Shown piece by piece: positions 14,159 to 27,570 of a stretch of DNA of 64,000 bases (position 1 is the first letter of the stretch; every line of letters begins with the position of its first letter). The translations under genes and the position numbers were made by a program. Where the stretch lies: NCBI GenBank assembly GCA_964016885.1, contig OZ024743.1:246078001-246142000 (forward strand), written 5' to 3'. The notes under the pieces were generated by a model. The model did not search any database. It was not told the DNA's origin and worked only from the letters and a program-made list of their open reading frames with translations. The DNA is from Eledone cirrhosa. Its lineage: Eukaryota.

Positions 14159-15634
14159 AGGCTACAAAACTCTTTGAAACAGTGAAAATGAGAGAAGTTT
14201 TCTCCTTCCAGTTGTGCTTCAAACAATGACAGCTTTCTCCGAAATCCTTGATGATTCTGTAGAGATCACAGACGAGGTTATCCTTTCCCTGAAGGTTCAA
14301 GTTCAGTTCATTCATGTGGGATGTGATGTCGACCAAAAATGACAACTTTGACAGCCAGGTAGGATCTGACAGCTGTGGATCAGCTCTATCTTTTTCAGTG
14401 AGAAAAACATCTATTTCGTTTCGGAGCTTGTAAAAACGAAACAGGACTTTACCGCAGCTGAGCTACCTCACTGCTGTGTGATAAGGCAAGTGACAGAAAT
14501 CAGAATCAATTTCTTCAAGAAAAGCCTGGAACTGACGGTGATTGAGTGCATGTCCCTGAATGAAGTTCACAGCAGAAACGACTGGTTTCAATACACAAGA
14601 AATATTCAAGTTTTTCCCACAGAGTGCTTGCTGATGTATGATGCAGTGTATGAACAGAGCGCCCGGAATTTGCAAATCTTCCAACTGAGTCCTGATCTGC
14701 CCAACCAGACAGACCCTTCCTCACTCCAGCCAAGTTTTTTTCCTCCATCAACTGTAACACCTCGAAGCTGATTCAACTGAAGGTTATAGTCTTGCAAAGT
14801 TTTCTGCACTTCCATGAAAATGTCTTTTCCAGTTGTTGTTCCATGCATGCAGCAAACGGATGCCAACTCTTCCGTTATCTGAAAGTCCAAATTGACACCA
14901 CGAATGAACACGAGAAGTTGTGACGTACTCGAGAGATCAGTAGACTCATCCAGCGCCAGAGAATACCACAAGTTCCTAGCTTTCTCGCGTATCTGTAGCA
15001 CTATGTTCTCTCCAAGTTCTTCTGTTCTCCGCACAACTGAACTTGCCGAAAGGCTGATACTTCCAAACAAATCGGCTTTCTCAGGACACAAGTCATTTGC
15101 TGCTTCCATCATACACTCTTTGATGAAGTTGCCATCAGTAAACGGTTTTCCTCGCTCTGTCAACTTATGCACTATTTTGTAACTTGTACGAGTGACAGAT
15201 TCATTTTCAGCAAACTTTCTCATGAAGAGATTTCTTTGAGTTTCTAAACCACATTTCATGGACTCATATTTCTCAGAGCGTAACTTTCCAGAAAACTTTG
15301 AATATGTTGATAGATGTTTTGTTTCATAGTGACGCCGGAGATTGTACTCTTTCAAAACGGCAACACTTTCGCTGCATACCACGCAACTAGCTTTCTGGTT
15401 CTTTGTTTCCACAAAGAAGTACTTTACTCCCCATTCTTTATTGAAAACGCGACACTCGGCACCCACTTTTCTTTTCTTAGTAGCCATAATAAAGGGTGAA
15501 GAAAACGAGATCTGAAAATGAAAAAGACATTGAATTAGAAACATCTCGTGTTCCATCCGTTTTATCACGCAAATGCAAGTACCATCGGCGGGCCTGATGA
15601 ACTGACATCGCGGGCCGTAGTTTGGTGACCCCTG
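14159..15634 (-). mobile_element. hAT DNA transposon (Charlie/SPIN/OC1, GTF2IRD2-like transposase), frameshifted and 3'-truncated
   Basis: TIR CAGGGGTCACCAAACTACGGCCCGCG ends at 15634. The protein reads MATKKRKVGAECRVFNKEW..CVVC..KEYNLRRHYETKH (BED finger), YSLALDESTD, HCIIHQQALC, LQGKDN. Confidence 0.92.
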
Positions 15635-17508
15635 GGTTAGACTGTCATACTATGAAGCTAGACAAATCAGGTGACATGTCTTGCTCATACACTTCATTTT
15701 TTACTTGATTTTCTACAGCTGAATGCCCTTCATAATGCCAACTATTTACAGCATGGACTTGGAGTTTTTTCGTAGTACCAACCCTACCATCATATTGGGT
15801 GGACTAGGTGATTTTAGTTGTGGCACCAATACAACCACTTTACAAGGTGGACTGTGTGCTTTGTCATGTCACCAGCACAGTTATATATTTTCTATTTTGA
15901 AACAGGTATTCCCCAGGTTTGTCAAAGTTGTAATGTTGAATATATATCATGTCACACTACTGAAATGATGTCTACAGTATTACATCTATATGATATGCCC
16001 TATTTCACGGTTATAGTTACAGAAAACTCTTTCAATTAAATATTTTATCAAATATATGCAAAAGCAGTCATAATAAGTATCACCTCACCACATATTTTCT
16101 TGGTACACTTCTTTATTGTTTACATACTTGTCACCCTTTTGTTCTGTTTTATCGTCATGTCGTCATCATCATTTTTACATCCACTTTAATGTTTGCATGG
16201 GTTGGTCGGGTTTTTCCCAGCTCCGCGACTAATTATTAGTCATTATCCTTTGTCATCACCTTCATGAGGTTCAATTTCCTGAGATCACCTCTCACCACTT
16301 CTTCCCACGTTTTCGTCTTCACTAAGTTCCTTCCATGTGGATCACTTGGTACTTCATTACCCAACTGTCATCCACCATATAAATCACATGTCTGTACCAG
16401 CACGGCTTTTCACCCTTGCAGAGCAGACTATATCTGATTTCCCTTATAATCAGTTTTTTTCTCTCAGCTTAATTCTACTGTTGTTCTTACATACCAACAT
16501 TATACATCTAGTGGAGCATGCTTGCTTAATTTCTTTCCTGCCTTCACATGTCTTCCACATTCAATGCCAATGTTTTGCTATTATACAATTTGTCACTTTA
16601 TACATAAGTATCAATTCTACTCTTCACTCACAGCCTAAAGTCGCTATTTCATAATAATGTTTGAGATTTTTACAAAAGGTAGTGATAAATAAGGAAGAGA
16701 AAAACTCTGCACTTTTGGCTGGACAGTACATCTCAACTGCATACCATGGATAACATGGAAAAAACATTGCCACAGAGAAATGGCCAGCAATGCCCACTGC
16801 ATCAGCTATTTCATCTCACAAGCAAACTTTGCATCTTTGTCTGAACAGTAAATCTCAGCAGCATCCCATGGATGAGATGGCCAAATCATTGCCATCGAGA
16901 ACAGCCATTCCACCTCACAGCCGCCAAACTCTGCACCCATGGCTGGGGGGTACATCTTATTGGCACTCCATAGAATAGATGGGAAAAGCATTGCTGCAAG
17001 GAACAGCCAACAATACCTTTTGTATAGTATAGTATATTTATACAGTCATATAATTTATTTAGACAGTTGTATATCATTTTATTTACATAATGGTAGGTGT
17101 ATGTGTGTGTTACCATTCAGACATCTATCATTGTGTAAATATAGCACTATAACACACTCCATGTGTAACTAAACACACACCTAAGGGCTCTTAAATCTTG
17201 ATGGGGTTGTACGGGTACCATCCTTGAGAATTTAAAGCTTGGTGAAGCCCATCTTTCTGAAGCTGATTTATTCCAGAGAAAAAGACAGGGAGAGAAAGTG
17301 TAATAGAAGAATTGATGACAGGAATGAACTGATAATTTATTTATCAACCTTGAAAGGATGAAAAGCAAAGTTGACTTCCACAGTGAGATAAAACAAATAC
17401 CAAAGCATTTATAATTTGACACCCTAACAACTTTGCCATTTGCTCCCTTAAACACACATCTGCCACTATTTAAATATAGCACTAATCTGTTATATATTGT
17501 GTTTACAG

Positions 17509-17767
17509 GTCCCTCATCCAAACCAACAACCACCTTTTAAAAGAAGTTGAAGAAAATAAGCAACAACACCAGGGAGAAGTACAACAGTTACAGTGGAATT
17601 ATGAACAACTTCGACAAACCATATCTGCTTTGGATTCTGTCTCAGAACATCCATCTGCTGAAGCTGACACTCCATTTTCACTGGTAGCTGAAAACATGGC
17701 AATGTCTACTGCAAAACTATATGATAGTGATGAAAAGGAATCTCTCTTTTCAGAAAAAGTCACATGA
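17509..17767 (+). CDS. CEP72: CEP72-like terminal coding exon
   Basis: Acceptor gtttacag|G, in phase with the 11763 donor (AA|G = Lys). SLIQTNNHLLKEVEENKQQHQGEVQQLQWNYEQLRQT..stop matches the recalled CEP72 C-terminus SLVSTNEHLLQELSQVRAQHRAEVEQMHWSYQELKKT. LRRC36 is the vertebrate paralogue. Confidence 0.88.
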
Positions 17768-18090
17768 TAAGTGACAGTGTGGGAATGGAAGCGGGATGTA
17801 TTTGCAGTGGTTCCAAACATGGGTTCAAAGACTTCTGAGGGTTCATGAGCTTTCAAAATTTCAAGTACTTTGTTAAAATCATAATATGCACATACCATTG
17901 GATATCCATTCCTCTCTAAGTATAAACATTTCTCCTTTTTTATTGTTATTCTCACTGTATTCTCGCCTGGAAAAGGAGTTATTGTAGCAGGGAGTCTGTT
18001 GGAAAATTCATTTAAATAATAGTGGTCCTTGGTAGTCCAAAAGCTGTGAACCACTGGTTTATATCCATATTTGTATGTAGGTATATACAT
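17599..18090 (-). CDS. Hypothetical 163-aa antisense ORF overlapping the CEP72-like last exon
   Basis: ATG-initiated ORF in non-repetitive sequence, preceded by a possible minus-strand acceptor tttcag| at 18104-18103. No family was recognised. Confidence 0.35.
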   Translation of the reverse strand: MYIPTYKYGYKPVVHSFWTTKDHYYLNEFSNRLPATITPFPGENTVRITIKKEKCLYLERNGYPMVCAYYDFNKVLEILKAHEPSEVFEPMFGTTANTSRFHSHTVTYHVTFSEKRDSFSSLSYSFAVDIAMFSATSENGVSASADGCSETESKADMVCRSCS

Positions 18091-21000
18091 ATTGTTCGAA
18101 TTTCTGAAATGAGCAATTATTGTTATACACTGACGTATTCAGAGTCTGTCTTCACCTAAGATGTTATAATCACACTGTTTCAGCCATTGACCCCTACCTC
18201 CAGCCTTCTTCAGGTGCCTATCATATTAGGTAATGTTCTCAAAATTTTTAACTAAGTCTATTATATAAACCATACGAGTAAATTGCTCTCCTCTCATTGT
18301 CCATGCTTGAATTATCATCGTCATCAGCATCATCATAATCACTTTTGCATCCATTTTCCACACTGGCATGGGCTGGGTGAGTTGTCATGGTCTGACATCA
18401 GACAGGTTCGAGCAACATCATCACATTGATAAATTCCATATTTTGGCATGGTTTCTACAGCTAGATCCCCTTCCTAATTCAGGGTGCACTGGATACATTT
18501 TTTCATGGCACCAAAACTTTCAATTTACAGAGTGGACTGGGTGCTTATTGCAACACCAACACTAGAGAGGTTGTCACATGCTCATCCAAACTGAAGAGTC
18601 CTTTCTGACTCTATATTGCCAAATACTGTAGCCTATGCTCTCTCACCAAGCTTATTTTTAGAGACCAAAGTTACTTGTGGTGTTTACTTGTTCCGCTTAA
18701 ACTAGAGTATGTATAGATACACAGATCTAGAGATTGAACTGACGGCAAGCAGGTAGACTAGCACACTTAACAGTTAACCAGGGGTTATACTGACTATGCT
18801 ATTGTCATGAGGATATTACTGAGCTGGCTTGGTCATGTGATGCACATGGAGGATAAAAAAGTACCAGGAATTCTCAGTGGAAGGAAGCTGCAGTAAAGGA
18901 AAGCCAAGGAAAACCTGGGCTGACATGGTGAGAGCAGATCTTAAAATGCTGAACCTCACAGAGATGATAAAGGAACGCAATGTGTGAAGGAAGGCTATGC
19001 TGGTAAGGACCCATCTAAGTATGGAAGAACAGACGTAAAAATGATGATGATGTACACCTAAAGAAAGGTTAGATGGTCCAATGGCTGAAACATTATGATT
19101 ATAACAGAAAATGGTCTGAATAAATCAGTTTGTAATAATGCATGTGTATTTGTATATGAAGTATGGCTGTGTATTTTATTCATTCAGGTTATCAATCATT
19201 CTGTTTCAAAATACTTAATTCTTTTAAAGTAGAGCTGAAAAAAATAATCCTTTCTTATGACTATATTTTTATATCAATTTATAAAATATACATCTGGCCA
19301 ACCTTGTAATTTCTTTTTATCACTTAATCAGAAGAAAGCAGCAACCATGACTCTTTTCAGGGCTTCCAATACTTGTAGGAGGGAGATAGGGAAATGTATC
19401 TTCAAACTGATGACATGACCTGAATGCTTGCAACAAGGCAACCAAGAGCCAGCTGATGGTGTTAAACCAAGCAACAGATTGAATCTACCATCCAAGTAGG
19501 CCAGAGCTGGATTTCAAATCAGAATGCAAAGAACCAGAAAAAATATTGCAAGATATCCTGTCTGATGTTCTACCAATTCCACCAATCCACCATGCCTGAA
19601 CTGGTACTTTATTTATCAACCCCTCTTAAATCCTAATATACCAGCCATAACTACTTACTCCACCCCACTCTTCTTAAATCCTGACACCCCAGTCGTAAGT
19701 TCCTAAGCTATTCACCTTATCACAGTACCCCCAAGCCACAAGATCAGAGATCACCCCTCCCCTGCCACTCACCACTCCGTCAAATTCCACCACACTTGTC
19801 ATACAACTATGACATACTTTCTCACCTATCTTCCTTACTCACGACATCATACTTATCATTCTTCTTGGGTTTCACTACATTTTCAAGGGAAGTAAGTGAC
19901 AGAAAAATGTTTGCACTCAGCTTTATAATAATGTTATTGTTTAGACCTAGGATCAAATTCTAGCCATGACCATACCATCTTTTATTCAGGCACAATGGAT
20001 CATTCATCAGTTTCAATGAGGAATAGTCTAGTTGTATGATCAACTGAACACTACTTGTTAAATTAATGTGTAAATGGTTTAGTACTCGACAGACTTATGT
20101 ATCCTTAATGACATTCTCAGACACAATGTGACAAGGCTTGTCATTAGAATTATAGATACAGCCCATCTCATAGGCTTTACAGTTTACCTTCTATCCTATT
20201 TTCCTCACAAGGCTTCAGGTAAAATACATTTGTTGAAGATGTTATGCTGTGGAATTGAACCTAGACCTTCAAGATTGCAAGGCAAACTTCTTAATCATTC
20301 AACGATGCTTGCATCCACTAATTAGCCATGGTGCACCTATTACTATGTCATACAATATATAGTCATAGAAAATAAAAGATAGTCAGTATTAAAAAAAAAC
20401 GAAAATAATGATTTCTACTACAGGCACAAGGCCAGCAATTTGGAGATAGGGGAAAGTCGATTAAATCAACTTCAATGCATTACTGGTACTTTATTTTATC
20501 GACTCCGTAAGGATGAAAGGCAAAGCTAACCTACAAGACAACCTGTTAGGTTGTCTTGGTAATGTAAATTGGAACGCAGTGAAGTGTATGTATATTAGTA
20601 TCAATTTTATGTGTGAGTGTATGTGTATGTTTAAACGTGTGTGTTTTTTAAAGGTTCATTGTGTAAAGTATCGCATATATTAATGTGTGTGCAGGTTTTC
20701 AATAAGCTGTGTATAAATAAAATTAAAAGGTTTGCTCTGTACAAAATGGTGTGTTTCTCAAATGATATATGCCTTTCTCTATCCATATATATATAACTGC
20801 CCTCACCTATACCCCCCACCATACACAAACTGGCTACCATTTCCCTTTGACCTTGCCCCTCCAGAAGATAATCCTCCGCCACATCCAGTCGGTTGCTATG
20901 ACAATTGAACTGCTTTTTTGTTTATTTCAACTTCAGTTAGTCCACCTTGAATTCGAGTTGCGTTTTTTCAAATAATTTCTATTATATTTGATAGATACAC

Positions 21001-22160
21001 ATACAAGCCACACTCATATACAATGTTAATACAGTCAGACACGACACCACGAATAATGTATCAACCTTTCCACCAATATTTACTCTGATACACATACAAA
21101 ATTAAAAACAACACACACACTTACACCTTTTTCTATTTTTCTTATTTTCTAATATATCTGCTAATTGTACTCTATGATGAAGGACTAACGTCCAATTCAT
21201 TGAACTTTTTTCTTTCTCTTATCCAAAGCATGAAGCTAATAACACTAATTGTTTTTGTATCTCTGTGTTTGTCATTTTTTACTGTCTGTGTGTGTGTGTG
21301 TGTAGGGGTTCGATAAGCTGTGTATATATAACTAAAAGGTTCTGTGAGACAACATTGCTTATACACACATATTTATGCAAGAGAGATCGATCACTGTATA
21401 TATACTAAATAAGTTTTTAGCAGAATTTTCAGATGATTTTTATGTCACCATTTTAGAAGTATCTAAAATTATATTAACGAGCATGATAATATTTAGTATT
21501 ATTTGAATTATGTATGTATCAACAGAGTTCACCAAGATAGCAGCATGTAATATGTAACCAGAATATGTAACAATAATGTATTTGTTTGTAATTGGAAAGG
21601 TATGGTTTGTAATATCAATAAATGTAAGTTGAATTGAGGTTCTACTGTAAGTCTCATAATCTGTTGCTGCTGTGAATATAACTCTGGAAAGAATATTTCC
21701 ATATCACATTTATAGACGATGGCTGTGGCAAATAGCATCACAAGACTTTACAACGTTTTATATGATTTATTAACAAACATGAGAAGAGCTGGATTAAGCT
21801 GGGTTGGCATGCCAAAATAAATGAAACAAACTTAATTAAGGTTTCAGAAGACACGGTCTACTGGATGAGTTGAGAAGCCAGGCCGCCGTTAACTTGTCGT
21901 GTTACATAATGGTTGTTGGTTGCGGAGCAAAATAAGAATAGGTGTTTACCTTATGCAATTGACGCGCAAAGAGATCTAATTTATTAAAAGAAGCGGGAAA
22001 TTCTCTGTTTGGGCGGAAGTTGAAAATACATATAGTACGCGGGTAACGATTGGCTTAACTTAGCCAAATCACGTACGGAAAGGGTATCAATGCGCCAAAG
22101 GAAAGTAGCTTGCTACAAGTTCTATGAGACAACATATGGTAAACATACATGCAATATATA

Positions 22161-22258
22161 CAGTGTCCCTCCAAAATGTATAAACACTTCAACCACATTC
22201 TAATAAATATTGCCTGTACAGGTAATCAAAGTGTGTATACATTTTGGGGGACACCCTG
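22161..22258. mobile_element. Small Tc1/mariner-type MITE
   Basis: Imperfect inverted ends of about 30 bp, CAGTGTCCCTCCAAAATGTATAAACACTT / AAGTGTGTATACATTTTGGGGGACACCCTG, with TA on the left. Confidence 0.65.
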
Positions 22259-22909
22259 CATATATAAATGTGTGTGTATGTGAGGTTGAACAAGCTGTGC
22301 ATATCTGAGTTCTGTGTGACAATATCGTAGGCTCTCTTCAGTTATGAAGGCCCAAGCTCGAGTAAGGTATTTTTTGTGGAAGACCAGCAGTCATCCATAC
22401 ATTGGGATCAATGCCAATAAATCTCAGAATATGACTGGATCCTATATTATCTGTCACAAGTGGTTGAAATGCAAAGTTGAACACGGTTGGATTTGAACTC
22501 AGAATATAAAAGAACATATCTAAATACTGCAATTCTTTTATGTTCAGTGCTCTACTAGTTCTATCAACTACCACAACGGCATGATATAACTGGGAAGATA
22601 GGTCAGTGGGGGTCACACCTCTTAATTTGGCCACCTACTTGTATGCTATAGAACTTACTGAATCAAAGCAGACCTGAGGCTAAACAACAACAACCATTCA
22701 ATATAATTATTTTTAATTTTAGGTGTAGAGTCAGTAATGTGGAGATGGGACAGTTGATTAAATCGACCCCAGAAGGATGAAAGGCAAAATTCGTCTCAGA
22801 GGGATTTCAAATCAGAACAGACCTGCCAACCTCTAAAAGCCCAAACGGGGAGTACCATGAAAAAAAGTGCCCCAAAACTGGGAGAAATGAGGTAGAAAGG
22901 AGAGATTAT

Positions 22910-24600
22910 AAATAATTGTTTTTACTTTTGGCACAAGGCCAGCAATTATCCCAGTGCATTACTGGTACTTTATTTTATCGACCCCATAAGGATGAAAGGC
23001 AAAGTTAACCTCGGCGGGATTTGAACTCAGAATGGCAAGGGCCGTAACTCTATGCTTCAAAGCATGGCGTCCGGCCTTCTACCGATACTGTCAATCCACA
23101 ATGAAAGCTATACCCATTTAAGGAAGACATCTCTAACCCACCCAAAGTAGATGGGAGATCTCCCCGCCAGACAGGGAGAGTTGACAGGCCTGAGAACAGC
23201 TGTAACTAAATACCACAAGGCATTTTGTTTGATGCTCTAATGATTCTGCTAATCCTTCACCTTCAACCATCCAAAATAACAATAACAATAATAAAACAGC
23301 AACTATATTTGGCAAAGTTTGTTTTGTATTTTTATAAAATTAATCATAATAATTGTTTCTACTTTAGGCACAAGGCCAGCAAATACCCAGTGCATTACTG
23401 GTACTTTATACTCTAACATTTTAAACATTATTTAATTTCTATTTTGTTTAAAAGGAACTGATATGACTGTCATAGTTATAGTCATAGGTGTATCGTTGAG
23501 AAGTCTTCACAGCTACAGGGTATAATCTGAAGGAGATTTGGTTGCTATTTCTAGAAGGCCGAGTGACCATGTAGATGTTTCCCTTATTGTAAGATCTTGC
23601 ATAATAACCATCATCATCATGTATGTTGTATTTTTTTTTTTTTACTAAAAAGATTTTTTTTAGGATCCAAATATACATGTTTATTTTCAATATAGAAATA
23701 AAAAAAAAAAGAATGGTAAACAAAAGGAAAGAAAGAATAGCCAAAAATACATAGAAAAAAAAAGGATAGAAAGAAAGAAGAAAAAGATTGGAAAGGGGAG
23801 GGGATGGCAAGAGCTCTGGTATCGCAGAAGAGGGGGGAGGGGTGATTGGGCTTTGGGCCTAGGGCAAGGGGACATAAGTGCTGCGCCCCGCTGACAAGAC
23901 GGCAAAAGCATTCCCCCGATTGATGGTCAGTGACACCTGCTGCAACAGCCACCCAACCTCGCGGGGGTAGTGTTTGGAGAAGAGGATGAAGTGTATTATT
24001 ACATACGGTAGAGTTACGTCCCTTTATGATCTGAGTTCAAATCCCGCCGAGGTTAACTTTGCCTTTCATCCTTACGGCGTCGAGAAAATAAAGTACCAGT
24101 AATGTACTAGGTAATAGCTGGCCTTGTGCCTAAAATAGAAACAATTATTACATACGGTGGATTGGCAGTATCGGTAGAGGGTCGGACACCATGCTTTGAC
24201 GCATAGAGTTACAACCCTTGCCATTCTGAGTTCAAATCCCGCCGAGGTTAACTTTGCCTTTCATCCTTACAGGGTCGATGAAATGAAGTACCAGTAATGC
24301 ACTGGGATAATTGCTGGCTTTGTGTCAAAAGTAGAAACAATTATTACGTGTATATTGAATGTAAATAAATGTCGTTAATTTACACCAGTTAACCTTTCCA
24401 ACATGATATCACAAAATTCGTTCTGTAAGCATTGTATTATAGTTGGACCCCATGCTTTGCAGCATAGAGTTACATCCCTTTACGATTTGAGTTCAAATCC
24501 TGCCGAGATTAACTTTGCCTTTCATCCTTACGAGGTCGATAAAATGAAGTACCAGTAATACACTGGGATAATTGCTGGCCTTGTGCCAAAAGTAGAAATT
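22910..24600. mobile_element. Cluster of second-family SINE copies (minus copies 22910-23410; plus copies about 24010-24150, 24155-24345, 24445-24600)
   Basis: Shared core GAGTTCAAATCCCGCCGAGGTTAACTTTGCCTTTCATCC..GATAAAATAAAGTACCAGT..GCTGGCCTTGTGCC. Further copies lie near 12090, 12680, 20410, 30750, 41170, 55370 and 63155. Confidence 0.85.
23631..23990 (-). mobile_element. CRE-clade non-LTR retrotransposon 3' tip with poly(A)
   Basis: The minus strand reads PREVGWLLQQVSLTINRG/NAFAVLSAG with one frameshift, against PRELEWLFQRISLAVLRGNAFSILSAG at about 54050-54130. A-tail at 23631-23644. Confidence 0.7.
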
Positions 24601-24672
24601 ATATTTCTATTTCTTTTTGTTTCTAATGTTATTATTTTTTTTATTTGTAATTTGAATAAAATATCACTAATA

Positions 24673-27570
24673 ATCATCATCATCATCATCGTTTAACGTC
24701 CATCTTCCACGCTTGCATGGGTTTGGACGGGAGTTTTCCCACTTGAGGCAAGAGTGGTTGTCTTGCTCGCATAGGACTGTCTGGCGGGTTTTCTACGGCT
24801 GGATGCCCTTCCTAACACCAACCACGTTTACAGTGTGGACATGGAGGTTTTTACCGTGTTACCTACACGGCCACATTACAGTGTGGACTGTTTTTTTTGT
24901 CGTGACACCTACACGACCTCATTTGTTTCGGACTGAATGTTGTGGTACCAACATAACTCTACATTGAAAGGGGTGGTGTGGATGGGGTGGGGGTAGTGGG
25001 ACGGGGGTGTATTTTGTTAGAGGTGCCTACTGACTGTAGTAGGTTTCACTTTGTACTTAGGTAAGGCGGGTCTTCTGTATTACTGTGTAGCGCCAAAGAT
25101 CTCGGTCCAGTGACATTGTCTTGGAGAGGTGTAAGTGTATGAGGTCGGAATTTATCAAGTCGTCCCAGGTTTTTCTGGGTCTGCCTACTCTGTGGCTACC
25201 GTCTATTTTTATTGCCCTGCACTTTTTTATACAGCTGTCTTTCATGTGCATCACGTGACCATACCAACGTAGTCTTCTCTAGTAAACAATATCTGATCCC
25301 TCTTATTTCTAATTTTTCCCTTAGTTCGTTTATGCTTTGCCGTTCATGTATATTACTATTACACATCCAGCGGAGCATGCAAGCTTCGTTCCTCTCCAGT
25401 CTGTGTATATCCTCTGCACACAATGCCCAGGTCTCACTGCCATGTAACATTGCTGTTCGTATGCAGGCATCATACAGCCTGCCTTTCATTTTTAGAGAGA
25501 ACCCTTTAGCGGCTAATAGTGGTATAAGCTCTCTGAAGTTTTTCCATCCAGTTCTGACTCTAGCTACTGTACTTTCAGAGCACCCTCCACCACTGTTGAT
25601 TTTGTCACCCAAGTAACGGAAGGTGTCCACTATTTCTATAGAACCATCTGTGCAATGGATTGAGCTAGTATTCTGTGGGCACTTGCTGCTACTTATTGCA
25701 CCAGAGCACCGGCCACATATAAAATCTATGTTCTTAGTTAGCTTACCTGTGATCCCACTACATCTTTTATGCACCCATACTTTGCATTTAGGACATAAAA
25801 TGGAGTTTCTACCTACTCCTTTCCTACACACTGAGCATGGCCATTTCCTGGATGGGACTGGTGCCCTATTTTCCTTCCTACAAACTTTAGAACTTTAGTC
25901 TAAGACAGGTTAATTTTAAGGCCTTTTGATTCTAGGCTATGCTTCCATGTTTGGAATTTCTTCTCTAGTTCGGTCATTGATTCAGCTATGAGCGTTAGAT
26001 CATCTGCGTATAGGAGTTTCCATGGGCAGCCAGTCTTGAACTCCACTGTTATAGCCTGAAGGGCAATAATTAATAGTAGGGGCTAAGAACGGAGCCCTGA
26101 TGAACACCAACTTTTACGCTAAACTCTTCACTATATTAATTGTTAATTCTAACCTTGCTGACTGTTTCTTTATACATGGCTTGTATAGCTCTCACAAGCC
26201 ATTCATCAACACCTAGTTTTCTAAGAGCCCACCAGATAATGGAACGGGGGACTCTGTCAAAGGCTTTCTCCAAGTCGACAAAAGCTAAGTATAGGGGTTT
26301 ACTTTTAGCTAGGTACTTCTCCTGTAGTTGTCGTACAATGAAAAGAGCGTCTGTGGTACTTTTACCTGACACAAACCCGAACTGCATTTCATCTAGATCA
26401 ATTCTCTCTCTGATTAGTTGCGCTATTACTTTTTCTGTGACCTTCATGACCTGGTCGATTAATTTAATGCCTCTATAGTTACTCCTATCTAGGGCATCTC
26501 CTTTACCCTTGTAGCAGTTAATGGTGGTGCTGCTACGCCAGTCCTTCGGAACAACCCCATTCTGTATGACTTGGTTTACTATCTGGCTGACCATGGTGTG
26601 TCCCACCGTTCCAGATGCTTTCAGCATTTCAGCAACTATTTCCGAAGGCCCAGCTGCCTTACTCGTCTTCATATCTTTGATTGCCTTACTTATTATACTA
26701 CCTTCAACTTGCACTGCTGGTCCCTCTATTGGATCGATGTGGGGAAGACTGTCTTTCTCCCATTTATTCTCCTCATTTAGTAGCCTTTTGTAGTGACACT
26801 TCCAAGCTACCTTCTTATCAGCGTCAGTGATGGCAAGTACACCATCAGCATTACGGACACACTTCTCCCCGACAATATCACGGTTTTCCTTGACACATTG
26901 CCTAGCAATCCTGAACACCTCACGTTTTTGGTCCTCGTGTTGTAGGACATGCTTGAACTTTCTTTCCTCTGCTTCCCTTCTTGCGAAGTACACTTGTCTC
27001 CTAGCTTCCCTCCTGGCCACTTGATAGTCTTCTCTACTTCCCCCATCCCGCCATACTTTCCAAGCCTGCTTTTTGGCCTTAATTGACTCCTCCACCTTAC
27101 TGTTCCACCACCACGTTACTCCCCTCCTGCCTATAGGCCTGCTCCAGCCACAGACTTCATCTGCCGCCATCAGCAGGTTTGCTTTCAGGAATTCCCACTG
27201 TTCCTCTATATTGTATGACTCTAAATGCTCTTCCTTACTGTCGAAAGCATCAAGTAATATGCTTTTAAATTTATTACTGGCTGTGGGGTCCTTTAGCTTC
27301 CATATTTTTCTCCTGAGGATAGTCCTCTTCTTTTGTCGAGTACGTCTCGTCCTGACTATGAGGTCGCTAATTATCAGTCTATGTTGGGAGGTGCATTCTT
27401 CATAGGGGAGGGATTTAGTGTTTACAACAGACACTCTGTCACGTCTTCTGGTAAGGATATAATCTACCTGGCTGGTATGTTCCCCTGATCTGTAGGTGAT
27501 CAAGTGATTGTCTCGTTTTTTGAAGTTAGTGTTACAGATAGTTAGGTTATTTGCGTCACAGAATTCCAGG
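24673..27570 (-). mobile_element. RTE-clade LINE, 5'-truncated (APE C-terminus, RT, Cys-rich insert, 3' UTR, (GAT)n)
   Basis: ORF 26136-27503 has SQVDYIL, SNYRGIKL, QFGF and AFVDLEKAFDRV. LYADDL lies near 26000, and ORF 25196-25831 is homologous to 11-337. Several frameshifts are present. Confidence 0.95.
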
